The notes below the pieces were generated by a model. It did no database searches. It was not told the origin of the DNA and saw nothing but the letters and a program-made list of their open reading frames with translations. From a virus (Duplodnaviria > Caudoviricetes), in IMG/VR virus record IMGVR_UViG_3300027804_000071, positions 913 through 64,912 of that record: a stretch of DNA of 64,000 bases; one strand, given 5' to 3'. Below are positions 17,437 to 24,530 of this stretch, in pieces (position 1 is the first letter of the stretch; every line of letters starts with the position of its first letter). Made by a program: the position numbers and the translations under genes.

Positions 17437-17600
17437 GGGTTCACCCTCTGGAGTAGTTCCTTCAAGTAACCCAAGCTGATGCCGTGTTGGTCTGCATACC
17501 AAGATAAACATTCCTCTTGGTTCACAAAGCCACCATCTTTGAAATAGTTAGCCTTGACCACGGTCAGCATCTCTCTTACTTCTTGTAGGTCATTCATCAT
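17433..17600 (-). CDS. Hypothetical early protein
   Basis: RBS GAGGAGG; 55 aa; translated manually. Confidence 0.5.
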   Translation of the reverse strand: MMNDLQEVREMLTVVKANYFKDGGFVNQEECLSWYADQHGISLGYLKELLQRVNP

Positions 17601-17781
17601 TGACCTCCTCAATCAAACCCCTGTTAATCATCTCTTCCTGTAGGTCGTTGTCATACCAATTCTCATAGCCAATAAAGCCCTTACGCATAATAAATGCGAA
17701 GTAATCATCCTTATCGTCACGGTCATACCAACTGTTCAAATCATCATCAATCAATAGGTCAATCATCTCGTTGCGGTTCAT
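17590..17781 (-). CDS. Hypothetical acidic early protein
   Basis: Coupled ORF with RBS AAGGAG. Confidence 0.6.
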   Translation of the reverse strand: MNRNEMIDLLIDDDLNSWYDRDDKDDYFAFIMRKGFIGYENWYDNDLQEEMINRGLIEEVNDE

Positions 17782-18041
17782 GCCGTCTCCTTTTTAACCA
17801 TATCAATCCAAAGCTCAATCGTTTCCCAATTGATGCCAATACTAGAATCTGAATACTTTTTCATGTATTTGAGAACATTTAGAGCTTGCTCGTGAGTCAG
17901 TTCATCACCGTTACTCGCACCATAGATGTCTGATATATGCCACCAATCAGCATACCAATCAGGGCTTGTAAGCATCAAAATATCTTCAGCTTGCGGAATA
18001 GCCTGACCCTCTGGCACATCTATCTCAATCATCACCTTCAT
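17778..18041 (-). CDS. Hypothetical early protein
   Basis: WHISDI...LT.EQA..VL...D..IGINW.TI pattern, common in phages. Confidence 0.6.
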   Translation of the reverse strand: MKVMIEIDVPEGQAIPQAEDILMLTSPDWYADWWHISDIYGASNGDELTHEQALNVLKYMKKYSDSSIGINWETIELWIDMVKKETA

Positions 18042-18238
18042 ACATCCTCCTTCTGTCTATCCCATGCCATACCAGATACCTCATAAAGTTTATTTTGAAA
18101 ATCACGCAAGGCATCTATCTGGTCAGCCTCAAAAAACATATTGGTCATTTGGTGGGTCGTCTCCACCCAACGAGCAATAAACTGTTCCTTAGTTAATTTC
18201 ACAGGTTTAAAAAACCCATCAAAGGTCTTTGTTTCCAT
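18038..18238 (-). CDS. Hypothetical early protein
   Basis: RBS TTGGAGG; start METK. Confidence 0.6.
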   Translation of the reverse strand: METKTFDGFFKPVKLTKEQFIARWVETTHQMTNMFFEADQIDALRDFQNKLYEVSGMAWDRQKEDV

Positions 18239-18252
18239 AGTTCCTCCAAGAA

Positions 18253-18307
18253 CGGCCAACATTAGCCCACAAACCCACTCCGCAGAATGGGCTTGTAGAT
18301 AATGCTA
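18253..18307 (-). ncRNA. Structured intergenic RNA element, copy A
   Basis: UAGCAUU/AAUGUUG outer stem, internal loop, 9-bp inner stem; homologous to 20283-20336. Confidence 0.65.
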
Positions 18308-18457
18308 CTTACTGAAACTTCTCATCCAAGCCAAGAGAATGGTCTTCGCCTCCTTACGGTCAAGACCGAATTCAGCCTCTAGGTAAGGTGATGCAAGCAA
18401 CATATTGGTCTCGCCAGAGTCCCGTAGGTCATTGAGGTAGTCAAAGTATTGGCTCAT
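18305..18457 (-). CDS. Hypothetical 50-aa protein
   Basis: MSQYFDYLNDLRDSGETNMLLASPYL...WMRSFSK; RBS GGAGG. Confidence 0.65.
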   Translation of the reverse strand: MSQYFDYLNDLRDSGETNMLLASPYLEAEFGLDRKEAKTILLAWMRSFSK

Positions 18458-18458
18458 C

Positions 18459-19046
18459 TCAATCCTCCCACAACTCGTAAGCATTAAGAATATCCATCTC
18501 GTTCAAGATGTCTGATGGGATACCTTTGAGGCTTTCTCTGGTGACCCGACCCTCGTCATCAGTCTTAATGTCATAGGTGTCGTCCTGACCATCCATCCAT
18601 AACCCACAGAAGGCACATCCGCCCTCGTGGTAATAGGCACGGACTGTAAAGCCTAGCTCTTCCAATTTGGCATAGGCATCTGTCGGAGGTGACCAAGCAG
18701 AATCAAAGTAAACAAACATATCGTTATCGCCACCTTGAGCCTTGTTATCCCTGTCGTCACTATGACCAATGTCCCACTTAGTCCCCCAATTCTGTATTCG
18801 CCAATCCCACCATGCATCCTCACGGATGGTCGGTTCATTAGCCAATGCTTTAGCCTTTTCCTCTTCGGTCTTGGCAAAATCTGCCATGATGTTCGGGAAT
18901 GTCTGAGGCACAGGTGTAACTGTGTAATCAGGTTCAGGCACAAAGGTCGCCAAGAAATTACCAGAATCCCAAGCCTCTTTGGCTTTTTTGATCATCTCTG
19001 GGTCTTCGTGAGTTAAATATAGGTTGTTATCGCACCAATTAGGCAT
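18459..19046 (-). CDS. DUF1281/YubB (Api92-like) ferredoxin-like domain protein
   Basis: MPNWCDN...WWDWRIQNWGTKWD...FDSAWSPP...YHEGG. Confidence 0.75.
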   Translation of the reverse strand: MPNWCDNNLYLTHEDPEMIKKAKEAWDSGNFLATFVPEPDYTVTPVPQTFPNIMADFAKTEEEKAKALANEPTIREDAWWDWRIQNWGTKWDIGHSDDRDNKAQGGDNDMFVYFDSAWSPPTDAYAKLEELGFTVRAYYHEGGCAFCGLWMDGQDDTYDIKTDDEGRVTRESLKGIPSDILNEMDILNAYELWED

Positions 19047-19194
19047 TTTCATTCTCCTTGAGTTTATAAAAGTTAAATACAGATACATCTTGAAACTTCA
19101 CACAATCATTTAGGTATTGGATTAGTGCATCCACAGCCTCTTCCTCGTTCTCTACTTCTATTTCATCTTGAAAAGTAACCTCAAATTTAGGCAT
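19039..19194 (-). CDS. 51-aa acidic protein (array member)
   Basis: MPKFEVTFQDEIEVENEEEAVDAL; ATGCCTAA overlaps at both ends. Confidence 0.6.
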   Translation of the reverse strand: MPKFEVTFQDEIEVENEEEAVDALIQYLNDCVKFQDVSVFNFYKLKENENA

Positions 19195-19342
19195 TTTCAA
19201 TCTCCATAGTTTCAGCTACAAAAGGGTCGTTCAAATCATCATTACTAAACATTCCCCATGCGAGGTCTTCTGCATCTTTTTCATCAAAAGCCTCTACTTC
19301 ATAGACAACGCATCTCTCAATTACGACCTGATATTTAGGCAT
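19187..19342 (-). CDS. 51-aa acidic protein (DpnD/PcfM-like pattern)
   Basis: MPKYQVVIERCVVYEVEAFDEKDAEDLAWGMF. Confidence 0.6.
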   Translation of the reverse strand: MPKYQVVIERCVVYEVEAFDEKDAEDLAWGMFSNDDLNDPFVAETMEIENA

Positions 19343-19511
19343 CTTTTTCCTCCTCAATTAAGTCAGCCTCTTCGCAAAGAAATTCAGGATGTTCGGGTGT
19401 TATCTCGCCATCCTTATACATACCCCATGCGACCATTTCAGCATCTCTGGGGTCTTCCGCCTCTACTTCTACATAGATTGCAGTAGTCATTAGCACACTC
19501 CATTTAGGCAT
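19335..19511 (-). CDS. 58-aa acidic protein (paralog of 19187-19342)
   Basis: MPKWSVLMTTAIYVEVEAEDPRDAEMVAWGMY. Confidence 0.6.
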   Translation of the reverse strand: MPKWSVLMTTAIYVEVEAEDPRDAEMVAWGMYKDGEITPEHPEFLCEEADLIEEEKDA

Positions 19512-19704
19512 TTTCATTTATCCCTTCTGTGATTTGTTTAACCCCACACACCGCCAAAATGATTTCACGGCAACTTGAATCAACTCCAAAATCTTTACAA
19601 ATGTCTGCCCAATCATGAGGAATAACCTCAGGGTTCAGTCTTACCCATCCACCCTGTGGCAATACCTCATAACCGTTTTCTACCAATTCTTCTTCGGTAA
19701 TCAT
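19504..19704 (-). CDS. Hypothetical early protein
   Basis: RBS AAGGGGG; ends ENA* overlapping the next ATG. Confidence 0.6.
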   Translation of the reverse strand: MITEEELVENGYEVLPQGGWVRLNPEVIPHDWADICKDFGVDSSCREIILAVCGVKQITEGINENA

Positions 19705-19845
19705 AATTTCCCCCTTGCCTGTAGCTCTTCTTCAATGTCATAAACTAGCATGATGTCTTTAACACCCAAGCCCCCAAAATGTAGCTCTTTCAATAGTGTT
19801 CTTAACTGCCTGACGGTCATGTTTTTAACATTCATCAGTCACCTC

Positions 19846-20070
19846 CTACCAATCACAGAGGACGGTCTCGCCCTCTTCGTTGCGAACCTCAGACCCCATA
19901 GATTCAGACCAAGACCATGCCATATCAATAATTCGGTCATTGGGTTCGCTAGACTCCACTAGATCAATAGAACTGCCATCATTCATGGCAATCTCATTAG
20001 CCTCCTCTGGCGACTCTGCAAGCACTTCATACTCAACAATCGCATAAACATAAACCGTGTATCTATTCAT
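19846..20070 (-). CDS. Acidic protein (DpnD/PcfM-like pattern)
   Basis: MNRYTVYVYAIVEYEVLAESPEEANEIA. Confidence 0.55.
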   Translation of the reverse strand: MNRYTVYVYAIVEYEVLAESPEEANEIAMNDGSSIDLVESSEPNDRIIDMAWSWSESMGSEVRNEEGETVLCDW

Positions 20071-20266
20071 AATTCACCTCCGTAATCGTGAAATCATCCC
20101 CAATAACTGCCCCAACTTGCAACGGCTCACCATCCATGTAATGGAAAATGCTTTCGTCCTCAAGGTCTTCGACCTCATCCCATGACCCAAGGGCAATTTT
20201 TACATCAAAGATATTTTCGGGGTCTTCTGACCAATGACCCTCGCACCATACCGTTTTGTATTTCAT
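20063..20266 (-). CDS. Hypothetical early protein
   Basis: RBS TTGGAGGT. Confidence 0.6.
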   Translation of the reverse strand: MKYKTVWCEGHWSEDPENIFDVKIALGSWDEVEDLEDESIFHYMDGEPLQVGAVIGDDFTITEVNYE

Positions 20267-20282
20267 ATAACCTCCAAGTTAT

Positions 20283-20336
20283 CGGCTAACATTAGCCCAA
20301 TAGGTCACTCAGCGAATGACCTATTAGAAAATGCTA
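20283..20336 (-). ncRNA. Structured intergenic RNA element, copy B
   Basis: Same flanks and loop as copy A; 9-bp inner stem differs in sequence but remains paired. Confidence 0.65.
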
Positions 20337-20600
20337 CCCCCTTAATAATGGTAAAACTTGGTCTCTGTCGTGACTCGTGAACAATGAGCCTCCCTCGTTG
20401 CCTTCATCATCACATGATGGAAAAATCCAAATGCCACTATCTAAAAGCATGGTCACAGGGCGACCAGACCATCCCATATTTTCTGACTCTTCATCTGTTA
20501 AATAGCGAACCTTGACTATTTTGCGACCAAGTAACAGGTCAGAGGCGACCTTATCCCAATGCTTAGTTAATTCTTTGTCGTTCATTTCGTGCAGTTTCAT
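20334..20600 (-). CDS. Hypothetical early protein
   Basis: LLGRKIVKVRYLT.EE...W...IFPSCDDEGNEGG, a common phage family. Confidence 0.65.
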   Translation of the reverse strand: MKLHEMNDKELTKHWDKVASDLLLGRKIVKVRYLTDEESENMGWSGRPVTMLLDSGIWIFPSCDDEGNEGGSLFTSHDRDQVLPLLRG

Positions 20601-21101
20601 TTATGCCACCTTTTTAAAATCGTTAAAAAATACAGACCCATCAGCTAAATAATCGTATTCGTTGAGGGTTAGAGTCTCGTCAATGTTGTTATCGCTATAA
20701 AAATCCTCTACATCACGGCTAACATAGTTAAGGAATGACTCTATAGCTTGCTGATACGCATACATGGAATCTCCTGTAGCCTTAAAACTGTCGTGAAACT
20801 CTTCCCAAAGTGAGCAGTCAGCACAGTAGCCTGTTGGCATATGGTCACGGCTAAAATCTTTTAGCTTTAACCCACGGAAATTGTGCTTGCCTAGGTCGGT
20901 TTTAATAAAAGCATGGCGGGTATCGCCAACAGACCAATTAAGCATTGAACCGCCAAAATGACCAATAAAAGCCTTGGCTGATTCCATATTTTCATCAAAC
21001 CAAGGATATTCCCAAGTGGAACGAAAGACCTCCCTCGCCTTTTCCTTGGCTTCCTCTTCTAATTCATCAAAACTAAAAACCTGAATTTCTACCTTTTCCA
21101 T
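20601..21101 (-). CDS. Hypothetical early protein
   Basis: RBS TTGGAGGT; VFSFDELEEEAKEKARE...NEYDYLADG. Confidence 0.65.
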   Translation of the reverse strand: MEKVEIQVFSFDELEEEAKEKAREVFRSTWEYPWFDENMESAKAFIGHFGGSMLNWSVGDTRHAFIKTDLGKHNFRGLKLKDFSRDHMPTGYCADCSLWEEFHDSFKATGDSMYAYQQAIESFLNYVSRDVEDFYSDNNIDETLTLNEYDYLADGSVFFNDFKKVA

Positions 21102-21188
21102 ATAACCTCCAAAATTACGCACCCACCCTAAAGATTAACCACCACCCTGACCCGTTGCGTATAGGTCTGGGGGTCGGTTTTTTGATCG

Positions 21189-21290
21189 CTAGCTGTTAGA
21201 GATAAACGACCAAGCAAACAAAAAAGCAAGCCCACCCATCACGGCAAGACTAGCGACCCACTCGAGCAACATAACAACGAACCGCCTCAC
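21189..21290 (-). CDS. 33-aa hydrophobic peptide
   Basis: GTG start in a GTGA overlap; MRRFVVMLLEWVASLAVMGGLAFLFAWSFISNS. Confidence 0.5.
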   Translation of the reverse strand: MRRFVVMLLEWVASLAVMGGLAFLFAWSFISNS

Positions 21291-21475
21291 GATTGCACCT
21301 GAGAGACAGAGACACCATAGACGGCTAGAAACTTAATAGCCTCTTTGTCCATCTTCACGGCTTTAGACATCAGCCCCGACAATTCGGCAGATGTTCTGGA
21401 CGGGTTGCCCTGTTCCAGATGGTGACGAGCCACGGCACGAGGCACGGGGCGAGAATTAACATAAAATTGAATCAT
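21287..21475 (-). CDS. Hypothetical early protein
   Basis: Coupled ORF. Confidence 0.55.
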   Translation of the reverse strand: MIQFYVNSRPVPRAVARHHLEQGNPSRTSAELSGLMSKAVKMDKEAIKFLAVYGVSVSQVQS

Positions 21476-21648
21476 CTTTCAAACTCCACCAAAGTATTCA
21501 AAAGGTAGTCTCTGACTGAGTAGCCTGTGACCTCTGGGTGAGTCTCTGCGAGTGCTTTGTATTCCATAAAAAACTCAGCCGAGTCCTTATCGGAAAACTT
21601 AGCAATTGCCTCGCTTGTTTCGGTAGTGTGGCGATATACATAAAACAT
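21472..21648 (-). CDS. Hypothetical early protein
   Basis: RBS TGGAGGT just 3' of the hammerhead cleavage site. Confidence 0.6.
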   Translation of the reverse strand: MFYVYRHTTETSEAIAKFSDKDSAEFFMEYKALAETHPEVTGYSVRDYLLNTLVEFER

Positions 21649-21665
21649 AAAAACCTCCATTTAAT

Positions 21666-21718
21666 GACTAAGACCGTCCTGAGACGGTTTCGGCTAATAA
21701 AGCCCTCATCAGTTAGCC
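21666..21718 (-). ncRNA. Type I hammerhead ribozyme
   Basis: Minus strand: GGCUAA-CUGAUGA-G-GGCU(uuauu)AGCC-GAAA-CCGUC(ucag)GACGG-UC^-UUAGUC; full core, three stems, GUC triplet. Confidence 0.85.
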
Positions 21719-21904
21719 TTGAATCGCTTTTTGCATCTCCTTGGCGAGTTCTATCCACGAGTCAGCATTGATTAAACCCATTGAAGGATATTGCTCAGGG
21801 GTGGACTCTGCGACCTGAGCCGTGTAACGGTTTACCGCCTCCAAAATCATCAGAGGGGCTAAAGGGTGAGAGTCTAGAAGTGCTTGGACTGTTTTAGGGT
21901 TCAT
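21713..21904 (-). CDS. Hypothetical early protein
   Basis: Its stop codon lies in hammerhead stem I. Confidence 0.6.
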   Translation of the reverse strand: MNPKTVQALLDSHPLAPLMILEAVNRYTAQVAESTPEQYPSMGLINADSWIELAKEMQKAIQG

Positions 21905-22332
21905 ACTGTCGCCTCTTTGCTGATGTAGTAGGCGAGAGTCTGCCCCTTTTTGTTGTATTCACCCTGTAAAGAGAGACCCAAAGCCCTAGCGATTCTTTTC
22001 ATTGAATCAAGACCGCAAGCACCGTCAAGACAGACCGACCCATCTGGGCGAATGGTCAAGCCATAGAATGAAGGGTTTATATCCTCGGCAATCTGTAGCC
22101 ACGAAGTAGAGCCATAAGGCACTTTTGGCAAATCCTTAACGAGGGCTTTCAATTCGTCCTGATATTCACACTCTAAGAAATCCCCGAAGACCTTCCCAGT
22201 CATGTCATAGCCACCACCTGAGCAACGATACCGCTTGCCAGAGTTGCGAGAATCAAGACGGCAGATGTTGTAGCCGTAAGTGTCACGACCACGAGAGACA
22301 GACCAAGACAAAGCTAAACGATTGATAAACAT
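21901..22332 (-). CDS. Hypothetical early protein
   Basis: RBS TGGAGGT; YRCSGGGYDMTG...LDGACG, a common phage family. Confidence 0.65.
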   Translation of the reverse strand: MFINRLALSWSVSRGRDTYGYNICRLDSRNSGKRYRCSGGGYDMTGKVFGDFLECEYQDELKALVKDLPKVPYGSTSWLQIAEDINPSFYGLTIRPDGSVCLDGACGLDSMKRIARALGLSLQGEYNKKGQTLAYYISKEATV

Positions 22333-22348
22333 TTTTCAGACCTCCAGA

Positions 22349-22543
22349 TTAAAAAGTAAAACCAACAAAAACAGAACGAGAACCACGGACAAATTTTTCG
22401 TGATTGATGTCGTCAAACTTGTAAATAGAATAAGAGCGAGACTCACGGTCATAGTCACCACGAACCCAAACAGGCGAAGACTCAGAATCTTTCAGCTTGA
22501 TAAATTCCCCCTTCGGTATTGCTTTAATTGTCATTTGTTCCAT
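22349..22543 (-). CDS. First gene of the leftward early operon (hypothetical)
   Basis: RBS AGGAG abuts the TCAACTGCTA motif; GEFIKL...VWVRGDYDR..YS. Confidence 0.65.
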   Translation of the reverse strand: MEQMTIKAIPKGEFIKLKDSESSPVWVRGDYDRESRSYSIYKFDDINHEKFVRGSRSVFVGFTF

Positions 22544-22602
22544 TGTGAAAACTCCTAGCAGTTGATTGATGCGAATAGTCACCTATTGACTAATCTCGCC
22601 TG

Positions 22603-22650
22603 ATTTTCATTGCTTGGGGGGTTGCTTGTCAATACCCTAATAAAAATAAA
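22603..22650 (-). promoter_or_regulatory. Leftward sigma70 early promoter
   Basis: TTGACA on minus (22632-22627) with an AT-rich UP-like tract; -10 weak (GAAAAT, 18-bp spacer). Confidence 0.55.
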
Positions 22651-22808
22651 TTTACAGGCTTATAGATAAAGGCTTGCGAGAGAGTTTCCGAGGCCGTTCT
22701 AGTGATCAAAAACATAAAAGGCGGATAGATTAGCCGAAGGCGAACAGTCCATTATTGATAGAGTCACATAGAGACAGACACACACCAGAGAGACCAATCT
22801 TGCGAGAG

Positions 22809-22837
22809 TTGCAACACTCTTCAGACCGTCCTATTCT
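22809..22837 (+). promoter_or_regulatory. Rightward sigma70 promoter for packaging genes
   Basis: TTGCAA, 17 bp, TATTCT. Confidence 0.55.
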
Positions 22838-22868
22838 CTAGGGTATAAAAATACCCTGTTTATACCCT

Positions 22869-23816
22869 ATGACCAAAAAACCGAAACTAACTCGCAAGCA
22901 GATAACCGAAGGACTGCAACAGATGCCGATTGAGACCATTCTCTTAGGTGCGAACAATGCGAAGGAAAAGAGACTCACCGCCTCACAGATTAAGTTTGCC
23001 GAGGAAATCGCCAAGGGTAAGACCAAGGCAGAGGCATACAGACAGAGCAGACCGAACGGTAAGAAAAGCAATGCAAAACCCTCCACAGCATCACGAAAGG
23101 GTCAAGAGCTTTCAAAGGTGGACGCAATACAGACGCAAATAGAGGCTTTTAAAGTGGCTTTAGAAGCTCAGAAATATCAAACCCCCCTTCACTTGAGGGC
23201 TTTGACAATCCATAAACTCACAGAAAAGGTGCTAGACCCTAACTGCCCACCCGCCCAACAGATAAAAGCCATGGAGTTATTGGGTAAGATTACCGAGGTC
23301 GCACTCTTCACCGAGAGACGAGAGGTCATTCAGCACAACACGAGCGACCAGATGAAAGAGAAGCTCCTCTCTTCTCTTCGCCTGGCGATTTCTTCTCAGG
23401 GTGTAACAGATGTTACAGAGACAGACCCAGAGTCATTACTGGCAGAGCTGACCGCCAAGCCGTTAGATATGACCATAGACTCGGATTATGTCGCTGATGA
23501 TGATGTATCTCTGGCACAAGAGACCAATGAACCAGAGGCGGAGGGGTTGAACGATCTGGAATCTGCCGACCCTACCACTCCCCGACCCCCTTTTTTACAA
23601 AATTTGCAGGCGTCACCTATGCATAGTAATCCACACACTCAATCTCCTAAAAATACCATGCCCTTGCAACCCATTGATTCTTCAGAAGTTTCATGTGTAA
23701 CACCTGTTACATCTAGGGTAAACCCTAATGTTACAGAGGGGGAGGGGGGTATAAATATACCTGTCGGTGATTTGGAGTCAGAATTACGGACACCCCCCGT
23801 CAACGTTTCTAAATAA
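22869..23816 (+). CDS. terS: Terminase small subunit (with long acidic low-complexity tail)
   Basis: LTASQIKFAEEIAKGKTKAEAYRQS...ASRKGQELSK HTH; upstream of terL. Confidence 0.65.
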   Translation: MTKKPKLTRKQITEGLQQMPIETILLGANNAKEKRLTASQIKFAEEIAKGKTKAEAYRQSRPNGKKSNAKPSTASRKGQELSKVDAIQTQIEAFKVALEAQKYQTPLHLRALTIHKLTEKVLDPNCPPAQQIKAMELLGKITEVALFTERREVIQHNTSDQMKEKLLSSLRLAISSQGVTDVTETDPESLLAELTAKPLDMTIDSDYVADDDVSLAQETNEPEAEGLNDLESADPTTPRPPFLQNLQASPMHSNPHTQSPKNTMPLQPIDSSEVSCVTPVTSRVNPNVTEGEGGINIPVGDLESELRTPPVNVSK

Positions 23817-23833
23817 AAGCGTGGGGGGTATAT

Positions 23834-24406
23834 ATTTTAAATTTTAACGAACTTACTCCTAGGCTTATTGCTAAGGCTAATGGGGAGAAAAGATACCAAG
23901 GACAGCCATGTATCAATGGCCATATTGGTGTTAGATATGTTCGTAATCACGATTGTGTAGATTGTAGAAATATATCTGGCAGTTTAAAAGCGAGAAGAAA
24001 ACGCGAGTTTTTTGGTCGGAAGGTTGGGCGACCAAGAAAATACCCAGAACTTATTGGCCCGCCTAAACCAAAGAGAGTTGTATTTAACCCAGTGACAGTA
24101 GAAGAGAAGTGGATTGTTAGGTCAAGGGTTGCTACAAAGCCAAAGAAAAGCAAAAGAAAGAATTTGTCGGTTGAGTACTATAAAACATTGATAGTTACGC
24201 ACTGCCCGCTTTTAGGTATTGAATTGAGTTATGAAAAGTTTGAAGGCAATACGCCAAACAATTATGCAACTTTAGATCGTATTGACTCAACGCTTGGGTA
24301 TGAAGAAGGCAACGTACAGATTATTTCTTTTAGAGCAAATACGTTGAAAAGTAATGCGACTTTAGAAGAATTGAAGTTATTAGTAAAAAATTGGGAGGGT
24401 CTATGA
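23834..24406 (+). CDS. HNH endonuclease (N-terminal Zn motif upstream of the track start at 24092; start codon uncertain)
   Basis: CPLLG...TLDRIDSTLGYEEGNVQIISFRANTLK core; in-frame upstream RYQGQPCINGH..RY..NHDCVDC. Confidence 0.7.
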   Translation: MLNFNELTPRLIAKANGEKRYQGQPCINGHIGVRYVRNHDCVDCRNISGSLKARRKREFFGRKVGRPRKYPELIGPPKPKRVVFNPVTVEEKWIVRSRVATKPKKSKRKNLSVEYYKTLIVTHCPLLGIELSYEKFEGNTPNNYATLDRIDSTLGYEEGNVQIISFRANTLKSNATLEELKLLVKNWEGL

Positions 24407-24530
24407 AAATTTGGACTTACGAAGAGATGTTAAAAGCTATACAGTCGATGACGGAGGAGGAGAAGCACAAGTTGTTGACGATGTTATTGCGTGATGAGGC
24501 AGTGATGATTATGGCAAAGAGAGAGCCAGA

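Noticed and set aside
18253-20336. HDV-like/theta ribozyme reading of motif A/B (GGGCUAAU, GCGAAU resemble J4/2)
   Set aside because: The stems are nested rather than double-pseudoknotted, and there is no room for P3/L3 on either strand.
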